Assembly (NCBI GenBank): GCA_010909165.1
Contig: VJWM01000209.1
Span: 1 to 64,000 of the forward strand
Source of the DNA: Anthoceros angustus
Taxonomy: Eukaryota > Plantae > Anthocerotophyta
DNA: 64,000 bases
Direction of reading: 5' to 3'
This document shows positions 62,641 to 64,000 of this stretch, piece after piece. The translations under genes were made by a program, and so were the position numbers. Below the pieces are notes generated by a model. It ran no database searches. It was not told the DNA's origin and saw only the letters and a list, made by a program, of their open reading frames with translations. The number at the start of each line of letters is the position of its first letter. Position 1 is the stretch's first letter.

Positions 62641-64000
62641 AATGGGGTTTGAGTCCTAACGTCTCTCGCATAGGGTTATTCTCCATTAAAGAGGTTTGGG
62701 TCCCTAAAGACCAAAAATGACCCAGCAGGCCAAAATGCATCATCTTTAGCAAACCACTCTTTAGACATGTCTTGAAGACATTGACCATGTTATTTTCTCG
62801 TGAATACTTACGCTACTTGAGTTTAAGCGAAGAAGGTTTTGATTTCACCTTCACAAGGAAGGGATTTCAAGGATTTTAACGGTGCTAGGAATCCTAAACA
62901 CCTCTTTCGCGCGATAGTACTTCCTAGTAGGGTGAGCGTAGGCAAACCAAACAAAACTAGTCCAAGCCAAAGCTGCCGGACGTCGGCGCAACCAACATGC
63001 GACAATTGCAAGCCGAAAAGAAGCAACTTCGTCGGACGTCCGGCGCAATTGTGATAGAACGATCGATAGCTTGATCATGGCCATCTCGAGCAAACTCGAC
63101 TCTAGAAAGTAGCGGACGATACGGGTGCCTTGTACACAACCCGAGGATCTCCATTGTTAGAGTGAAAAACATAGGAATTGGAGCAAGCACGGACGTTCGG
63201 CACTTTGGTGCGAGTCTAAAACTGCGCCGGACGTCGGCGCAATTTAGACCCCAATCTTGCGGGCGTCCAGCGAGATGGAAATGGTGGAGTGGATGCGGCG
63301 GACGTCCGTATAAATGTATATATATTGTTTGTATCCCTTCTAAAGCATCCACTCGGGTAAGGGTGGAGATAGACACCTGGTATAAGAGGTAAGGGTGGAG
63401 ATAGACACCCGTATAAGAACTCCAGATTAAGCACCTCGGGTCGGATCGATGTCGAGGATGGGGTGCTTTGACTTTGGTGCTTTGAGAACTCCACGGATCG
63501 CACTTCTTGGGTCGGATTAGTCCTAGGACGGGTTGCTTGTTTTGGAAGAACTCCAAGGTTAAGCACCCGGTCGGATCGATGCAGATGGGGTGCTTGACTT
63601 TGGTGCTTTGAGAACTCCGTTAAGCACTCTTGGGTGGATTAGTACTAGGATGGGTTGCTTGTTTTGGCGCTTTGAAAACTTTGTAACAACTCCTTTGTTA
63701 AGCAACCTAGGCGTATCAATACCGGGATGGAGTGTTGATTTTTAGTGGTTTGAAAAATTTGTAAATCATCCGGTATCTAGAAGCGTAAAGTCATGAATAT
63801 TATTTTTGAAAATCATTTGTTGGTTGATGTTATATTCTCACATTAGCACTTGATGTCACCTGTGACGGTGACATCAAGTTAAGCAGCTAGAATATATCGG
63901 TACTGCAAGGCGTGGGTCGAGAGAGGATGGAAAGGGCTCCAAAGGCCGGGCGGAGGGCAGCCATCTGCCTCCTCGTCCTGGACCTCAATTCTTCATCCTC

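Larger units (their letters stand above)
45381..64000. repeat. Segmental tandem duplication, copy 2 (runs off the window)
   Basis: Same gene and TE order as copy 1. The window end corresponds to ~45092 of copy 1. Confidence 0.97.

Noticed and set aside
63850-63891. Helitron 3' end (hairpin + CTAG)
   Set aside because: The CTAG is not present after the hairpin in copy 1, and here it is followed by A rather than T.

Overview
Eukaryotic plant nuclear DNA with short GT-AG introns; a non-seed land plant is my inference, not a determination. It has many 1-bp homopolymer indels, as in an unpolished long-read assembly. Positions 1-25.5 kb are nested mobile DNA: degenerate tandem repeats, a CACTA left end, and a Copia element interrupted by a minus-strand Gypsy element. 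The Gypsy element carries a PHD finger after integrase and a Tf1-like self-priming structure. From 25563 on, a ~19.8-kb unit is tandemly duplicated (copy 2 starts at 45381 and runs off the window). Each unit holds a candidate diterpenoid biosynthetic gene cluster: an 8-exon CYP85-clan P450, a 7-exon plastid-type gamma-beta-alpha diterpene synthase, an ABCG11-like transporter relic, and a BAHD acyltransferase cut by a Copia insertion. The synthase has an intact DxDD, non-canonical LAS/PNH catalytic-base motifs and decayed class I motifs. Between P450 and synthase lies a 1.6-kb Mutator-like element (44-bp TIRs, 9-bp TSD) carrying the N-terminus of the At4g13970/At1g60560-type SWIM protein family. 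All family assignments come from motif recognition by eye; no searches were run.
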